This document shows, piece after piece, positions 25,389 through 36,500 of a stretch of 64,000 bases of DNA. The stretch's first letter is position 1; each line of letters starts with the position of its first letter. The notes below the pieces were generated by a model. The model had not been told where the DNA came from and ran no database searches. It was given only the letters and a program-made list of their open reading frames with translations. The position numbers and the translations under genes are program-made. Origin of the DNA: a virus; IMG/VR virus record IMGVR_UViG_3300045988_125731, positions 1-64,000 of that record; one strand, written 5' to 3'.

Positions 25389-25997
25389 ATGAATGATACA
25401 ATTTATAACATTCCGTCTAATTTGTATAATCAATTTGCACAAGCCGAAAATATTTGCGAATGTATTGTAAATTTCTTGTTCGACAGTCCTAACGCAAAGA
25501 ATTTTTGGAAACTACTCTATTATCCAAGCCGTGATTGCTTATATAAACCTGACTTAACTGATGAACAAAAGCAATCGATGATTTGTGTCGACCCAACTAT
25601 CGATGGTTCTACAGCCGAAAAGAACATAATCTTTCAAAAAGACATTGATGATGGGTTAACACTTAACATACCACAAGTGAGAATTTATACTGGAGATTTA
25701 ATTCCTATTAATGATTATTCAGGAGCAATTGAAATCCTTATGGAAATTGTTGTTCCAAATAAACTTAGTTCAGGAATTATTACAGATAAGACTCAAGTGG
25801 GAGATAGAGCTTATTTAATTGGTAGAGAGATTCAGCGTAATATTACACATACTATAATACCTGGTAGTGGAACTAACTCTAAAATCTTTATGAATAGAGA
25901 AGCTCCTGCAAGTGTAGGAAGACAGAATGGGTGGTGGAGAAATACTGCCAATAAAAACTATTCTGGCTATTTCTTATGCTTTACTGTACTTTGTTAA
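25389..25997 (+). CDS. structural protein (about 202 aa)
   Basis: ATG after a GGTGAG RBS. Confidence 0.4.
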   Translation: MNDTIYNIPSNLYNQFAQAENICECIVNFLFDSPNAKNFWKLLYYPSRDCLYKPDLTDEQKQSMICVDPTIDGSTAEKNIIFQKDIDDGLTLNIPQVRIYTGDLIPINDYSGAIEILMEIVVPNKLSSGIITDKTQVGDRAYLIGREIQRNITHTIIPGSGTNSKIFMNREAPASVGRQNGWWRNTANKNYSGYFLCFTVLC

Positions 25998-26021
25998 TAA
26001 TAAAGGAAAGGGTATTATAGA

Positions 26022-26927
26022 ATGCTTGATATTATAGAAACACCTGAATACAAAGACTTTGTACAAGTTGCACAATATTTCTACGGAACTAAAGAATATT
26101 ATAGTTTTTTCTATGCTAATAACTATCCAGTTGCTTATATGAAACAAACAGGTATAAAGACAATTGAAGAAGATGATGGTGTAGGAGGAACTAGGCAGGT
26201 ACAAGTTCCAGAGTTTAAAACTTATTATATTTATCCAATTCCTATAAGTCTATATGAGGTCTTAGGTGGACTTATACCAATGGTGCTAAATCTTGACGAA
26301 GAGAAAATGCAAGGGAGCAATCCTGAAACTATCAAAATGTCATATTTAGATTTTCTATTGTATAAGACTATTAAAGACAATAATCAAACTTTATTCTTCT
26401 TATTATGGGAAGTTCTTAGTCAATGTTTACATTTGGCAAAAGATAAGATTGATATGAATACAGACGATAGTGGGAAACTGCATTTTTATTTAGATGATGT
26501 AGAAATTGAACCTGAAGAGTTTGACGAAATAAGAAATATAATTCTTGAACAGAATAATATTGAAAAGGTAGATTTATCTATCCACCCTTCAATTCGTCAA
26601 AAACTTAAAGAGGTTGAGGAATTTAAGCGTTCGCATAACAAGAATAAGATGTGTTCGTTTGAAGACCTAAAGTATCGAATTATGGCAAAAACTGGCATTT
26701 CTTTTGAAGAAATAAATAAGATGAGCATAAGACAATTCACTAAGTTATTAGAGAGTTGTGAAGTTCTATCTAATTATGAATTAGAGATGATATTATCTCC
26801 TAACCTAGAAAAGAAAGACCAGCAAAACATAAAACATTGGCTTTCAGATATTTCTAAGAGCAAGAAAGAAACTATTGAAGAGAATAGTATCGAGTTTGAA
26901 GAAATGAAAGCTAAATTATCAATATAG
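26022..26927 (+). CDS. structural protein (301 aa)
   Basis: ORF with an AAAGGAAAGGG RBS. Confidence 0.45.
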   Translation: MLDIIETPEYKDFVQVAQYFYGTKEYYSFFYANNYPVAYMKQTGIKTIEEDDGVGGTRQVQVPEFKTYYIYPIPISLYEVLGGLIPMVLNLDEEKMQGSNPETIKMSYLDFLLYKTIKDNNQTLFFLLWEVLSQCLHLAKDKIDMNTDDSGKLHFYLDDVEIEPEEFDEIRNIILEQNNIEKVDLSIHPSIRQKLKEVEEFKRSHNKNKMCSFEDLKYRIMAKTGISFEEINKMSIRQFTKLLESCEVLSNYELEMILSPNLEKKDQQNIKHWLSDISKSKKETIEENSIEFEEMKAKLSI

Positions 26928-26982
26928 TAAAATACTATATATAATAATGCATTATATTACATATTTAAGAAAGGAAAACAAA

Positions 26983-28038
26983 ATGAAGAAATTTTTAATT
27001 GGTGTTGCCGATGTCAGACTTTATGCCGATGAACAATGCACTTCTTTAGTAGCAAGTTCAAAGACAATGTTAAACAACACAGTTGATATTACAAACTCTG
27101 CTGTTGACATTCAAGGTGGTAAGGGTAACAAATTACAAAAACGTTTCTTTACATCAGCTATGATGAACTTAACTCTTACTGACTGTCGTTTTGACTTAGG
27201 TATGATTGCTGCTAACGTAGGTAGTGAAATTGCTTCAAGTTTTACAGTTCGTAAAGAAATGAACGTTACATTAAATAATTACGTTGGCACATTAACTGGT
27301 GTAACTCCAGTAGGTGTTAACGGTGGTGCTGCTGTTGGTTACGTTGAATACGATGGAGAAATCTTCGGTGAAGGTATCGCTCTTGCTACTGCTGGTGATA
27401 ATTATACTATCACAGTTCCTCAAAGTTGGGGTATTCCAGCAAATGCTTCTGTTTGTGTATCATTTAACGCAATCGATGATTCAGCACGTTATATTACAGT
27501 TCCTGCAAACATTATTCCAAAGGTTGTTTATGCTGTATTAGAAGCAGACCTTGCAAGTGATGAAGCAGGCGAAGGTGTTATTGGTCGTGCTACAGTTGTA
27601 GTTCCACGTTTACAATTAAGTGGTACTCAAAGTCTTGCTTTAACAAGTGATGGATATGCACAACAAGAACTTACTGGTTCTGCATTAGCATTCACTCCAA
27701 GTGGAACTGCTCAACCTTGTGGAAGCAAAGAAATTTATGGATATATCGTTGAAGAATTAAAGAACGCTGCTTGGTATAGTGATGTTAAGGCTCTTATAGT
27801 TTCTGACTTAAAAGGTGCTTCTGGCGACGCTATTCCAGTTGTTGTTTATGCATTTAATGGTCAATATTCATTCCTTTTAACTAATAAACAATTAGATGAT
27901 TTGACTATTACTGGTAGTGATGGTGTTACTTACACTAAAGCTGCTCATACAGTAAGTGCAACTAAAGCAGGAACAATTACTGCTAAAGTTACATCTAAGC
28001 CTGAATTAGTTGGCGTTGGAAATATTACAATAGGATAA
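26983..28038 (+). CDS. major tail protein (putative)
   Basis: ATG after an AGGAAAACA RBS. Ala/Gly/Thr/Val-rich, 351 aa. Followed by an intrinsic terminator, as expected for an abundant tail tube protein. Confidence 0.5.
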   Translation: MKKFLIGVADVRLYADEQCTSLVASSKTMLNNTVDITNSAVDIQGGKGNKLQKRFFTSAMMNLTLTDCRFDLGMIAANVGSEIASSFTVRKEMNVTLNNYVGTLTGVTPVGVNGGAAVGYVEYDGEIFGEGIALATAGDNYTITVPQSWGIPANASVCVSFNAIDDSARYITVPANIIPKVVYAVLEADLASDEAGEGVIGRATVVVPRLQLSGTQSLALTSDGYAQQELTGSALAFTPSGTAQPCGSKEIYGYIVEELKNAAWYSDVKALIVSDLKGASGDAIPVVVYAFNGQYSFLLTNKQLDDLTITGSDGVTYTKAAHTVSATKAGTITAKVTSKPELVGVGNITIG

Positions 28039-28047
28039 TTAATAATG

Positions 28048-28083
28048 TAGGATTAGATATTTTAACTAATCCTATGTTTTTTA
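28048..28083 (+). terminator. rho-independent terminator after the major tail gene
   Basis: Stem TAGGATTAG/CTAATCCTA followed by TGTTTTTT. Confidence 0.6.
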
Positions 28084-28242
28084 GGTTTATTTATTTTAAG
28101 GTACTTGCTTTCAATAGATAAACGTACAAAACATAGGATTGGAACATTTAGAAAAATATCTAATAGGCAGAAACTGACAAAATAATTTTAGATTATATAG
28201 TCACAAATTTGCAATTAATTTTTCTGAAAGGAAATTATAAAA

Positions 28243-28575
28243 ATGTTAAGAAATGTAAAATTTGCTACAACTACTGCAAATCAAGATATATTATCAATTC
28301 CAGCCGTTAAGGCTTCTATTTGTGAAAGAATGGGTTGGAAGAATTTAAGCGTGGCTGAAAGGGACGCAAGATATGTTAATCTACTTTTAAGTGGAATGAA
28401 AATATCTTTTACTCTTTTATTTTCTGCAGACAATACTGTTTCTGTAAACGGAGGAATTCCTAATGCTTTGATTGAAGCGGTTGCTTATGATAGTGGAAGT
28501 TATATTCCTGTTACTAAGTCAATTGTAATAGGTACTCCTGACGCTAATATTGTATTTAGTTACGATATTCAATAA
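28243..28575 (+). CDS. hypothetical tail-module protein (110 aa)
   Basis: ORF with an AAAGGAAAT RBS. Confidence 0.4.
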   Translation: MLRNVKFATTTANQDILSIPAVKASICERMGWKNLSVAERDARYVNLLLSGMKISFTLLFSADNTVSVNGGIPNALIEAVAYDSGSYIPVTKSIVIGTPDANIVFSYDIQ

Positions 28576-28591
28576 ATAGGAGGTCTATTAT

Positions 28592-29251
28592 ATGGCTAAT
28601 AATTTAAGTTTAGGTATGGTCATAGCCCTAATTAAAAAATTAGGTGGAGGCGGTGGAGATATTGATAAGGCTATCGCTGATTATATTGCTGCTCATACCA
28701 ATATTGCTGATGGAATTGCTGGGTTAGACGCTGCTGGGCAAGTGGCTCCTGCACAATTACCAGACCGAAACCATCAATTAGTTTTACCTTATGTTGTAGA
28801 ATTAACTAGCGAAGAAATGGCAAACGCAATAGATGACAAAACTGAAGATTATGGCACTATTGCTATTGGTCAAGTCGCAACCCCTACTACTAATGATGTA
28901 TTTGTAGTAGGGCATTTATATCAATATGTATCTGAAGAAGGCGTATATAATTGGAATGATTTAAGTGATAGTTTTCAAGCAAAGAACTTATCATTTACTA
29001 ATACATCAGTTGCCGCTTCTTTATTTGCTGATGATACAACTTATGCTGATTTAGGTTTTAGTTTTAAAGCCACAATTCCTCTTACAGGAGTTACGCAAGC
29101 AATGTATCCTATTGCTTCTTTTAGTTTAGTTGACGCTATGAGTGGAAATTATGCTCCAACAGTAGAGTCTTATAATGGCGGTATATACATTTGGGCAAAA
29201 ACTAAGCCAGACACAGCCTTAGTTATACCTAGAATAGAGGTGATTAGATAA
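28592..29251 (+). CDS. tail-module protein sharing a C-terminal domain with 30232-31443
   Basis: The C-terminus DAMSGNYAPTVESYNGGIYIWAKTKP is homologous to DAASGNFAPFVN...GFVIYAKEKP. Confidence 0.45.
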   Translation: MANNLSLGMVIALIKKLGGGGGDIDKAIADYIAAHTNIADGIAGLDAAGQVAPAQLPDRNHQLVLPYVVELTSEEMANAIDDKTEDYGTIAIGQVATPTTNDVFVVGHLYQYVSEEGVYNWNDLSDSFQAKNLSFTNTSVAASLFADDTTYADLGFSFKATIPLTGVTQAMYPIASFSLVDAMSGNYAPTVESYNGGIYIWAKTKPDTALVIPRIEVIR

Positions 29252-30006
29252 TGGCAGTCGGAATTACTAATTGTTTAGTAGGAAGTAGTGAAAATACATT
29301 AAAGAATTTATTAGATGCTACACAAAGTTGTTATTATTTATTTCGTAACTATAAAGGAACTTCTATTGATGATTTGATTACTTATAATGACACAAGTAAT
29401 GTTACTAATATGTCTAATATGTTTAATAAGTGTTCTAGTTTAACTACAATACCACAATTAGACACTAGTAAAGTTACTGATATGTCTTCTATGTTTTATG
29501 ATTGTAACTCATTAACTTCTATACCTTTATTAGACACTAGTAAAGTTACTAATATGTCTTATATGTTTGGATATTGTAGTAAGTTATCAAGTATCCCTTT
29601 ATTAAATACTAGTAATGTTACTAATATATCTTCTATGTTTTATGCTTGTAAGTCATTAACTTCTATACCTTTATTAGACACTAGTAAAGTTACTTTTATA
29701 TCTGGTATATTTAGTGGTTGTAGTCAGTTAACTACCGTTCCTGCATTAGATGTTAGTCATAGCAATAATCTGAATAGTATATTTAGTGGTTGTACTTCTC
29801 TTAAATCTATTTTAATGACGGGAATGAAAGTATCGTTTGACATTTCTGCTTCTACCCAATTTGAAACAGATGACATAGTAACTATTTTAAATAATCTTGC
29901 TACTATTACAACTCCACAAACACTAACAATGGGTGCTACAAATCTTGCTAAGTTATCAGACGAACAAAAGAAAATAGCAACCGATAAAGGCTGGACTCTA
30001 GCCTAA
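29251..30006 (+). CDS. BspA-type leucine-rich-repeat (LRR_5-like) protein
   Basis: Six tandem repeats of about 22 aa: TSKVTNMSxMFxxCxSLTSIPLLD. Confidence 0.6.
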   Translation: MAVGITNCLVGSSENTLKNLLDATQSCYYLFRNYKGTSIDDLITYNDTSNVTNMSNMFNKCSSLTTIPQLDTSKVTDMSSMFYDCNSLTSIPLLDTSKVTNMSYMFGYCSKLSSIPLLNTSNVTNISSMFYACKSLTSIPLLDTSKVTFISGIFSGCSQLTTVPALDVSHSNNLNSIFSGCTSLKSILMTGMKVSFDISASTQFETDDIVTILNNLATITTPQTLTMGATNLAKLSDEQKKIATDKGWTLA

Positions 30007-30031
30007 ATTTTATTTTTAGAAAGGAGATAAT

Positions 30032-30217
30032 ATGTATAAAATTCTTTCTCGACCTAGCCAAAACAATTTTGTAACCGAGTTTATCTGCGATACAGAAGAA
30101 GATTTACCAATCATAGTGGCTTCTGAACCAGGAATACGCTGGGGTTCAACTTGTTATGTGGCAGCGTCAAAAACTTTATATGTTCTAGATTCTTCTTTGC
30201 AATGGGTAAAAGCCTAG
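30032..30217 (+). CDS. small Cys-containing protein; paralogue of 48565-48741
   Basis: Shared motif C-D-x3-DL...GSxCYVxxSxxLYVLxxxLxW. Confidence 0.45.
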   Translation: MYKILSRPSQNNFVTEFICDTEEDLPIIVASEPGIRWGSTCYVAASKTLYVLDSSLQWVKA

Positions 30218-30231
30218 CATAGGAGGTATTT

Positions 30232-31443
30232 ATGAACATAGTTGATATAAAAAAGATACAAAAACTTATAGGTAGTGAAGGGGGAGCTGCTATAGTAGTG
30301 GACTCTCTTCCTACTGAAAATATAAAACCTAACGTAATTTATGCTGTGAAGAAAATAGATTATTATACTTCTTTTTACGGATTACACATTTCACCTTTAA
30401 CTTCTATGAGTGATGTAAATACTAGTGTATTAGCTGACCTAATGCGACAAAATGGTTGGAAAAGCGGTGAAATAACCGAAGCATTATTTGGTGGTATATT
30501 AATGATGGGATTATTACCAGAAAATTTAACAAAAATTAGTAATTTTGAAGGTCATTTTATCAACGAATATGCTGACAATTTATTTAAGTTAAGAACATAT
30601 ATTGCTGACGCAGGAGTAGATTTTGACAAATCATTTGAAAAATTAGATGATTTATATCAATATTTATTCTCAAAAGAATATGCTCAATCAGCTGGATTGT
30701 TCACACAAAACTTTACTAATACTCAAACAAAATTAAGGGAGCATAACTTTGTATGGTCAGAACAAGCACTTCCTGATTATCAATTAGGAGTAGTATTTAC
30801 ACCAACGTATGAATATTATATTTATAATGGTGAAGAATGGAAGAATGTAGACGACCAAATTGTTGTAAAACAAATAAATAGTTTACAAGGTACCATTACT
30901 TTTACAGAAGAAGAAACTTTAAAACTCGCACAAGGTGCAAAATTATATGCATTACCTTATAGCTATGGCTCTCCAATATTTATTGATTGTATAGAAATAG
31001 GAAGACAATCTGAAATTAAAGATGGAAAAGCTAATATATGGGCATACTATAAAATAGGTTTAGCTTTTGACCTAGATGGTACTACTTATACTGAATATTT
31101 AATAAAGATTATAACTTCTAGTACTGGTACAAAAGGTAGCGTATATTGTCAACTTGGAACTAGACTTAAATTTTGGAGAGACGATATAAGTTCTGATGGA
31201 TGGAAAGAAGTAACAGATGTACCTGGATATAAGTATGGATATTTTGTTGAGCAATGGGGAGTACAAGCAAAATCTATAGTAGAAGTATATTTTGAAATTG
31301 CTGACGCAGCAAGTGGCAATTTTGCTCCATTTGTAAATACTAATCCTGATAGTTCAATAAGTTCAGGTGATTATGGATTTGTAATTTATGCCAAAGAAAA
31401 ACCAACAGGTATGATGTCTTTCAGTTATGATGTTGAATTTTAG
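30232..31443 (+). CDS. tail-module protein (403 aa) with the shared C-terminal domain
   Basis: See 28592-29251. Confidence 0.45.
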   Translation: MNIVDIKKIQKLIGSEGGAAIVVDSLPTENIKPNVIYAVKKIDYYTSFYGLHISPLTSMSDVNTSVLADLMRQNGWKSGEITEALFGGILMMGLLPENLTKISNFEGHFINEYADNLFKLRTYIADAGVDFDKSFEKLDDLYQYLFSKEYAQSAGLFTQNFTNTQTKLREHNFVWSEQALPDYQLGVVFTPTYEYYIYNGEEWKNVDDQIVVKQINSLQGTITFTEEETLKLAQGAKLYALPYSYGSPIFIDCIEIGRQSEIKDGKANIWAYYKIGLAFDLDGTTYTEYLIKIITSSTGTKGSVYCQLGTRLKFWRDDISSDGWKEVTDVPGYKYGYFVEQWGVQAKSIVEVYFEIADAASGNFAPFVNTNPDSSISSGDYGFVIYAKEKPTGMMSFSYDVEF

Positions 31444-31455
31444 GAGGTAAAAATT

Positions 31456-31986
31456 ATGCCAGGAAAAACAAACGCAGTAAGTGGAGGAGGAGCCTCTACA
31501 ATAAAAGTAGCAGGTTGTTGCCCTGTTTATTTAACTTCTAATATTAATTGGACTGATGAAAAGAAAAACGCCATTATAACTAAGCTAAGAGCTCTATTGG
31601 CACAATATGAAGCCTTAGGAGTTTCAATATATCAAATTACAGGAACAGGTAGTGTTGGTTCAGTTCAAACGAGTTATCAAAAGGTTACATCAAGTGAGTT
31701 ATCTATGGATTATGATAGTAACTATCTTTATATAGGAGGTGCTCCAGTGAGTTCAAACGTCGGACAAATCATTGGTTATACTGCAGGTCTTGCAACGTAT
31801 TATTTAGAAGCACCATCTAGTTTAGCAACACAATTGACTGCTATTTTAAAAACTGTATGGTCTGACCCTGAAACTTCGGGTGTTTATAGTTTATATGCGA
31901 CTATTACTTGGGGAGCAGATTATACCTATGCAAATGTAGGAAGCGGTTTATCAATTCCTTATATGAGAATGTGGATTAGTGATTAA
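31456..31986 (+). CDS. hypothetical tail-module protein (176 aa)
   Basis: ORF with a GGAGG RBS. Confidence 0.4.
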   Translation: MPGKTNAVSGGGASTIKVAGCCPVYLTSNINWTDEKKNAIITKLRALLAQYEALGVSIYQITGTGSVGSVQTSYQKVTSSELSMDYDSNYLYIGGAPVSSNVGQIIGYTAGLATYYLEAPSSLATQLTAILKTVWSDPETSGVYSLYATITWGADYTYANVGSGLSIPYMRMWISD

Positions 31987-32017
31987 ATTTTAATTTATAG
32001 AAAGGAATACTTATAGA

Positions 32018-32701
32018 ATGAAAAAATTAAAATCAGAGAGTTTTGCTCAAGATATTAAATTTGAAGATATTATTAGTCTTGAAGAACTTAATGAAGATTT
32101 ATTTACCGAATTTAAATACAAAGGAAAAACTATTATAGTAAAAACATTTTTAATGCCAGAAGAAGTTAACGAGTTAGTTAACTATTGTATTTCTAATTTC
32201 TTTGAAGATTTCGACCCAGAGAATTTAGAAGTTAATAAACTTCCAGCAATAAAATCTATTTTTGATTTATTAGTTTTGCGATATTCAGCTAATGTAGAAA
32301 TTGATTTTGATGACCCTGAAGCTAAATATCTTCGCCTTTTATCTTCACGCTTTTTACAAGATATTTTAAAACTTGTAGAAAATAGAGAAGAAATCTGGCA
32401 TTTAATAGAAGAAACTATTAATCATCAAATTACTATACATAGTTTAAATCTTGTAGCTTCACACATTCCAACATCAGCCGAACTAGATTCTAGTATGGAG
32501 CAAATGGGAGCAACTCTTGAAGCATTAAAGAAAAGTAATCCAGAACTAATAGAACTTTTAATTAATAAGACAGTTGCAGAAACTACCAAACAAGCAGCAA
32601 GAGAAGAACGTAAAACTCAAAAGCCAAAACCTTCTGTTGAAGAAACTACACGCTTAGAGAAAATACGTAAAGATGTAGATTCTGCTGTTGAAGGTAGATA
32701 A
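32018..32701 (+). CDS. acidic protein; candidate tail assembly chaperone
   Basis: Acidic, 227 aa, upstream of the tape-measure genes. No frameshift partner identified. Confidence 0.35.
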   Translation: MKKLKSESFAQDIKFEDIISLEELNEDLFTEFKYKGKTIIVKTFLMPEEVNELVNYCISNFFEDFDPENLEVNKLPAIKSIFDLLVLRYSANVEIDFDDPEAKYLRLLSSRFLQDILKLVENREEIWHLIEETINHQITIHSLNLVASHIPTSAELDSSMEQMGATLEALKKSNPELIELLINKTVAETTKQAAREERKTQKPKPSVEETTRLEKIRKDVDSAVEGR

Positions 32702-32736
32702 AAGGTAGATAAATAGAAATAAACTTTTATAAATCT

Positions 32737-32777
32737 ATAGGACTAAGAAAAACAATACTCTTAGTCCTATTTTTTAC
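32737..32777 (+). terminator. rho-independent terminator inside the tail module
   Basis: Stem ATAGGACTAAG/CTTAGTCCTAT followed by TTTTTT. Confidence 0.55.
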
Positions 32778-32871
32778 TAACCTATTTTATTCTTTAAACT
32801 GCTTTTTATTTTGCAATTTAAGGCTTAAAAATAGGCTATTTTTGAAGTTTTGAAGAAAGGATTTATAATTT

Positions 32872-33477
32872 ATGGTGGTGTTTAAAAACCATTCAGAATT
32901 TGACCGAATTTTCGGCTCGATGTTTTTATATACTGTGATGTCTAGCGTTTTGGATTCTGTTATAAAAGAGTTTAAAAAGAACTTCAAAAGTAGAAATATT
33001 AATGTAGATGTTTTTAAACAGTATATAAAAAGAGAAATTATAGTTCATAACAATAAAAAAGTTGAAGGTTTTATTTATATAGATACAACTCTTTTACAAC
33101 TACAAGAAGAAGCAGACGCAAGTCCTGCAACTGGTGGTTGGTCAAGATTTAAGTTTACGTATGACGCTAGTGAAAATTATGGAGATTTTCCTACGGCTGG
33201 TGATAATACAATTAATGGAAAGTATGTATCTTGGCATATGATTAAATGGCTAGAACACGGAATGACTATCGACCCAAATTCGCATTATCGTGGTAATATG
33301 GCGAAAAGAATCCGTGGCAAATTAATACCTAAACCTTGGAAAAAAGTAGGAATGTTTGAGAAAACCTATGAATGGGCAAAGGCAAATTATGCTACACTAT
33401 TAAACAAAGCATTCAAAAAAGTTGGTTGTATTCCAGTTGGTCAACCTGGTGGACAACCAAGATTACATAATAAATAA
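32872..33477 (+). CDS. hypothetical protein (201 aa) between the terminator and the tape-measure genes
   Basis: Has its own RBS AAAGGA. No motif recognised. Confidence 0.4.
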   Translation: MVVFKNHSEFDRIFGSMFLYTVMSSVLDSVIKEFKKNFKSRNINVDVFKQYIKREIIVHNNKKVEGFIYIDTTLLQLQEEADASPATGGWSRFKFTYDASENYGDFPTAGDNTINGKYVSWHMIKWLEHGMTIDPNSHYRGNMAKRIRGKLIPKPWKKVGMFEKTYEWAKANYATLLNKAFKKVGCIPVGQPGGQPRLHNK

Positions 33478-33512
33478 ATTAATTATTGAAGAAAGGAGGT
33501 ATATGAGGAAAT

Positions 33513-36500
33513 ATGGCTAATAAAATAACTGGCACTAATTATTATATATCCAGTGGAATACAGATTACTACAACTGCTCAAGATATTCAAGAACAACTTA
33601 ATAAACTTAGTGCAGATAAAGTTTTGGCAACTGGAATTCGACTTAAGTTTAGTACTACTGGGTTACGAAGTGGTTTTAATACAGCAATTAGGAATGTATT
33701 AAAAAATTCTAATTTAGGTTATATGGCAGGACTTGCTCCAGGTAGTGGCAGTGGTGGAAGTGGTATTGCTAGTAAAGTAGCAACTCCTATAAGTCCTATT
33801 GATGGACTTAATAAAGATGATGTTTCTAAGATGGGAATTCTTGAACAATTTTCTACTACTAGTAGATTTTCTTTAAAGAAACCACCTTCAGTTACTGAAA
33901 TGTATAAATATCAGCAAAATTTAAATACCACTATTAGAGCCACTTTTAAAGAGGGACAGGGGTTAATTTCTTTAACTAAAACTCTTACTACTAGAGCAAG
34001 TGATACTACTAGAAGATATGAAGAGTTAAAGATTAGACTAAATAATTTACGTAAAATTGGCAAACTTTCTAAAGTTCAGTTTAGACGTTTTACTGATGAA
34101 TTAGAGGCTACCAATCAACTTACAGGCAAAGATAAACTAGAAGCATTAAGAAAAATTCAAACAGAACTTGCCGATATTAGCAAACGCAGTCAGTCTTGGC
34201 TTGGTATATTTAAGCAGAATCTACAAAAGTTTACATCTTGGATAACTATTACTGTTGGTTTCTTTGGTATTATTAATTCTATTAAGAAACTAGTAAAAGA
34301 AGTGAAAGCCGTTGATGATGCAATGGTCGAACTTAATAAAGTTGCCGACCTTTCACAAACGCAAATCGCTAAAGTTCAAAAAGACGCAAATGCTTTGGCT
34401 TCTAGGGTATCCACAACTGCTGACGAAGCGTTAAGAGCGGTAGCACAATTTAAAAAGGCTGGTTATAGTTTAGACCAATCGTTTATCTTAGCAGAAACTG
34501 CTTTACGTACTGTTAATGTAGCAGATGGAATAGAAAATGCAGAAGATGCCGCAACTTCTCTTATTGCAATCTTAAGAGGTTTCAATATGGAGGCTACTGA
34601 AGTTGGTCGAGTTCTAGACGTATTAAATCATATATCTAATAATTTCGCCGTCGATGTTAATAATTTAACTGACGGTATGCAAAGAATATCAGCCGTTATG
34701 GCACAGACTGGAACTTCTTACGAAGAAACTATTGGTCTTTTAACTGGTGGCTTTGAAATTTTAAGAAATTCTGAAGTAGTCAGTCAAGGTCTAAATACAA
34801 TTTCACAAAGAATGCGTAGAGTAACTGAAGATGGACAAGACAATAGTCAAGTAATATCTAAGATAGAAGAAGGTTTGTATAAATATACTAGGGGAGCAGT
34901 TTCAGTTTACGACAAGCAAACTGGAGAGCTTCGTTCTACTTATGATGTATTAGCTGACCTTGCTACTGTGTGGGATACTTTATCATCTTTATCACAATCT
35001 TATATTACTGAATTGTTAGCTGGTAATAGACAAAATAAAGTTTTAGCAGCTATTATGAGCAACTGGGCAAATGTTCAAAAAGTTGTTGCAGAAAGTGCTT
35101 ATGCTTATGGCTCAGCTAAGGAAGAAGAACAAAAAGTTTTACAAAGTGTTCAAGGTAAGTTAAATGCGTTAAAACAAGCTATTCAAGAATTTGCTCTAAG
35201 AAGTTTAACTTCAGACACAGAAAAAGGAATACTAGATATATTAACTAGTATTGTTAAATTTGGGACTGATTTAGGGGGCTTATTCAAGATTTTAGGGCGT
35301 TTGGGCATAATTATACTAGCTTGGAAACTACCTCAAATTATACTCCTTATTAGCTCTTTAAGAACAAATGTTATTAGACTAACTACTGAGATTAACGGTC
35401 TTACTTATCAATACCAAGTAATGACGGTTATGGGCAAAGAATATGTTATTGCCGAACGTAGTTATGGAGAGGTTACTAATGCAGCAACCAATACAGTTAA
35501 TGGGTTAACCGCTTCCTTAAAACATATATCTATAGTTATAACAGCTTTAATTGCAGTTTATACAGCTATTCAATTTATAGATTCTCGTATTACAGAGTCT
35601 ATGAAAAAAGAAGCAGAAGAAGCTGAAAAATTCTATGATAAGAATAAATCTCAATACGATACTCTAATGAGTAATTATGATGAATATATTAAACTTATCA
35701 CAAAAACTGACGCTACTGCTTCTGAAGTAAATAAATTAAATGTATTAGAAAAGCAATTTGCTCTTTATGGAATAGATAATGAAATAGCTCAATTAGGAAC
35801 TAGAACCGATAAGATTGAAGCAATTGCTGACATTATAAGACAACAAGCTTTAGCAAGACAAAAAGTAGTAGAAGATACTGCTAATGCTATGGCTGTTAAC
35901 AAACTTCCAAGTTATTGGTATAATGCTACACAAAGTTCTGCGGGTAAAGGTAGAATACACGCATTTCAGGAAGCTTCTTTTGAAGAAAAAATAAAAATGC
36001 TTAGGAGTATGGCTTCTAATGAGAATATTAGTGCATCGCATAGGGACGAATGGCAAGCCGCTTTAGAATATTACGAACAACTTTACAATGAATGGAAACA
36101 ATTAGGCTTAGCCGCTGACCTTGAAGGTAATCCTAAGATTATAGAATTACGTACTAAAATAGGAGAGTTTTTAAATGCTGCTGATTTTTCTTTAGATAAA
36201 ACAAAAGAAACCCAACTTACTATGTATAAATCTATTGACGCCTTAGTTGCTGATATAGAAAAAGAACTTAGTGATGGTTCTTTAAGTGGAGAGGCTCAGC
36301 TTTATATAGAGTCTTTACTAAAGGCTTACCAAGAGCAACTTGATATTGTTTTAAATAAAGACTATGCTTTTGAATACTTAGGAGATAAATTGCAAGAACT
36401 TAAAGATATTCAAAGCAATAGAGAAAAAGAATTAGAGCGACAAGAAAAATTAAAAGCTATTGAAGAAGCTAGACAAAAACTAGCTGAAGCCGAAAGAACT

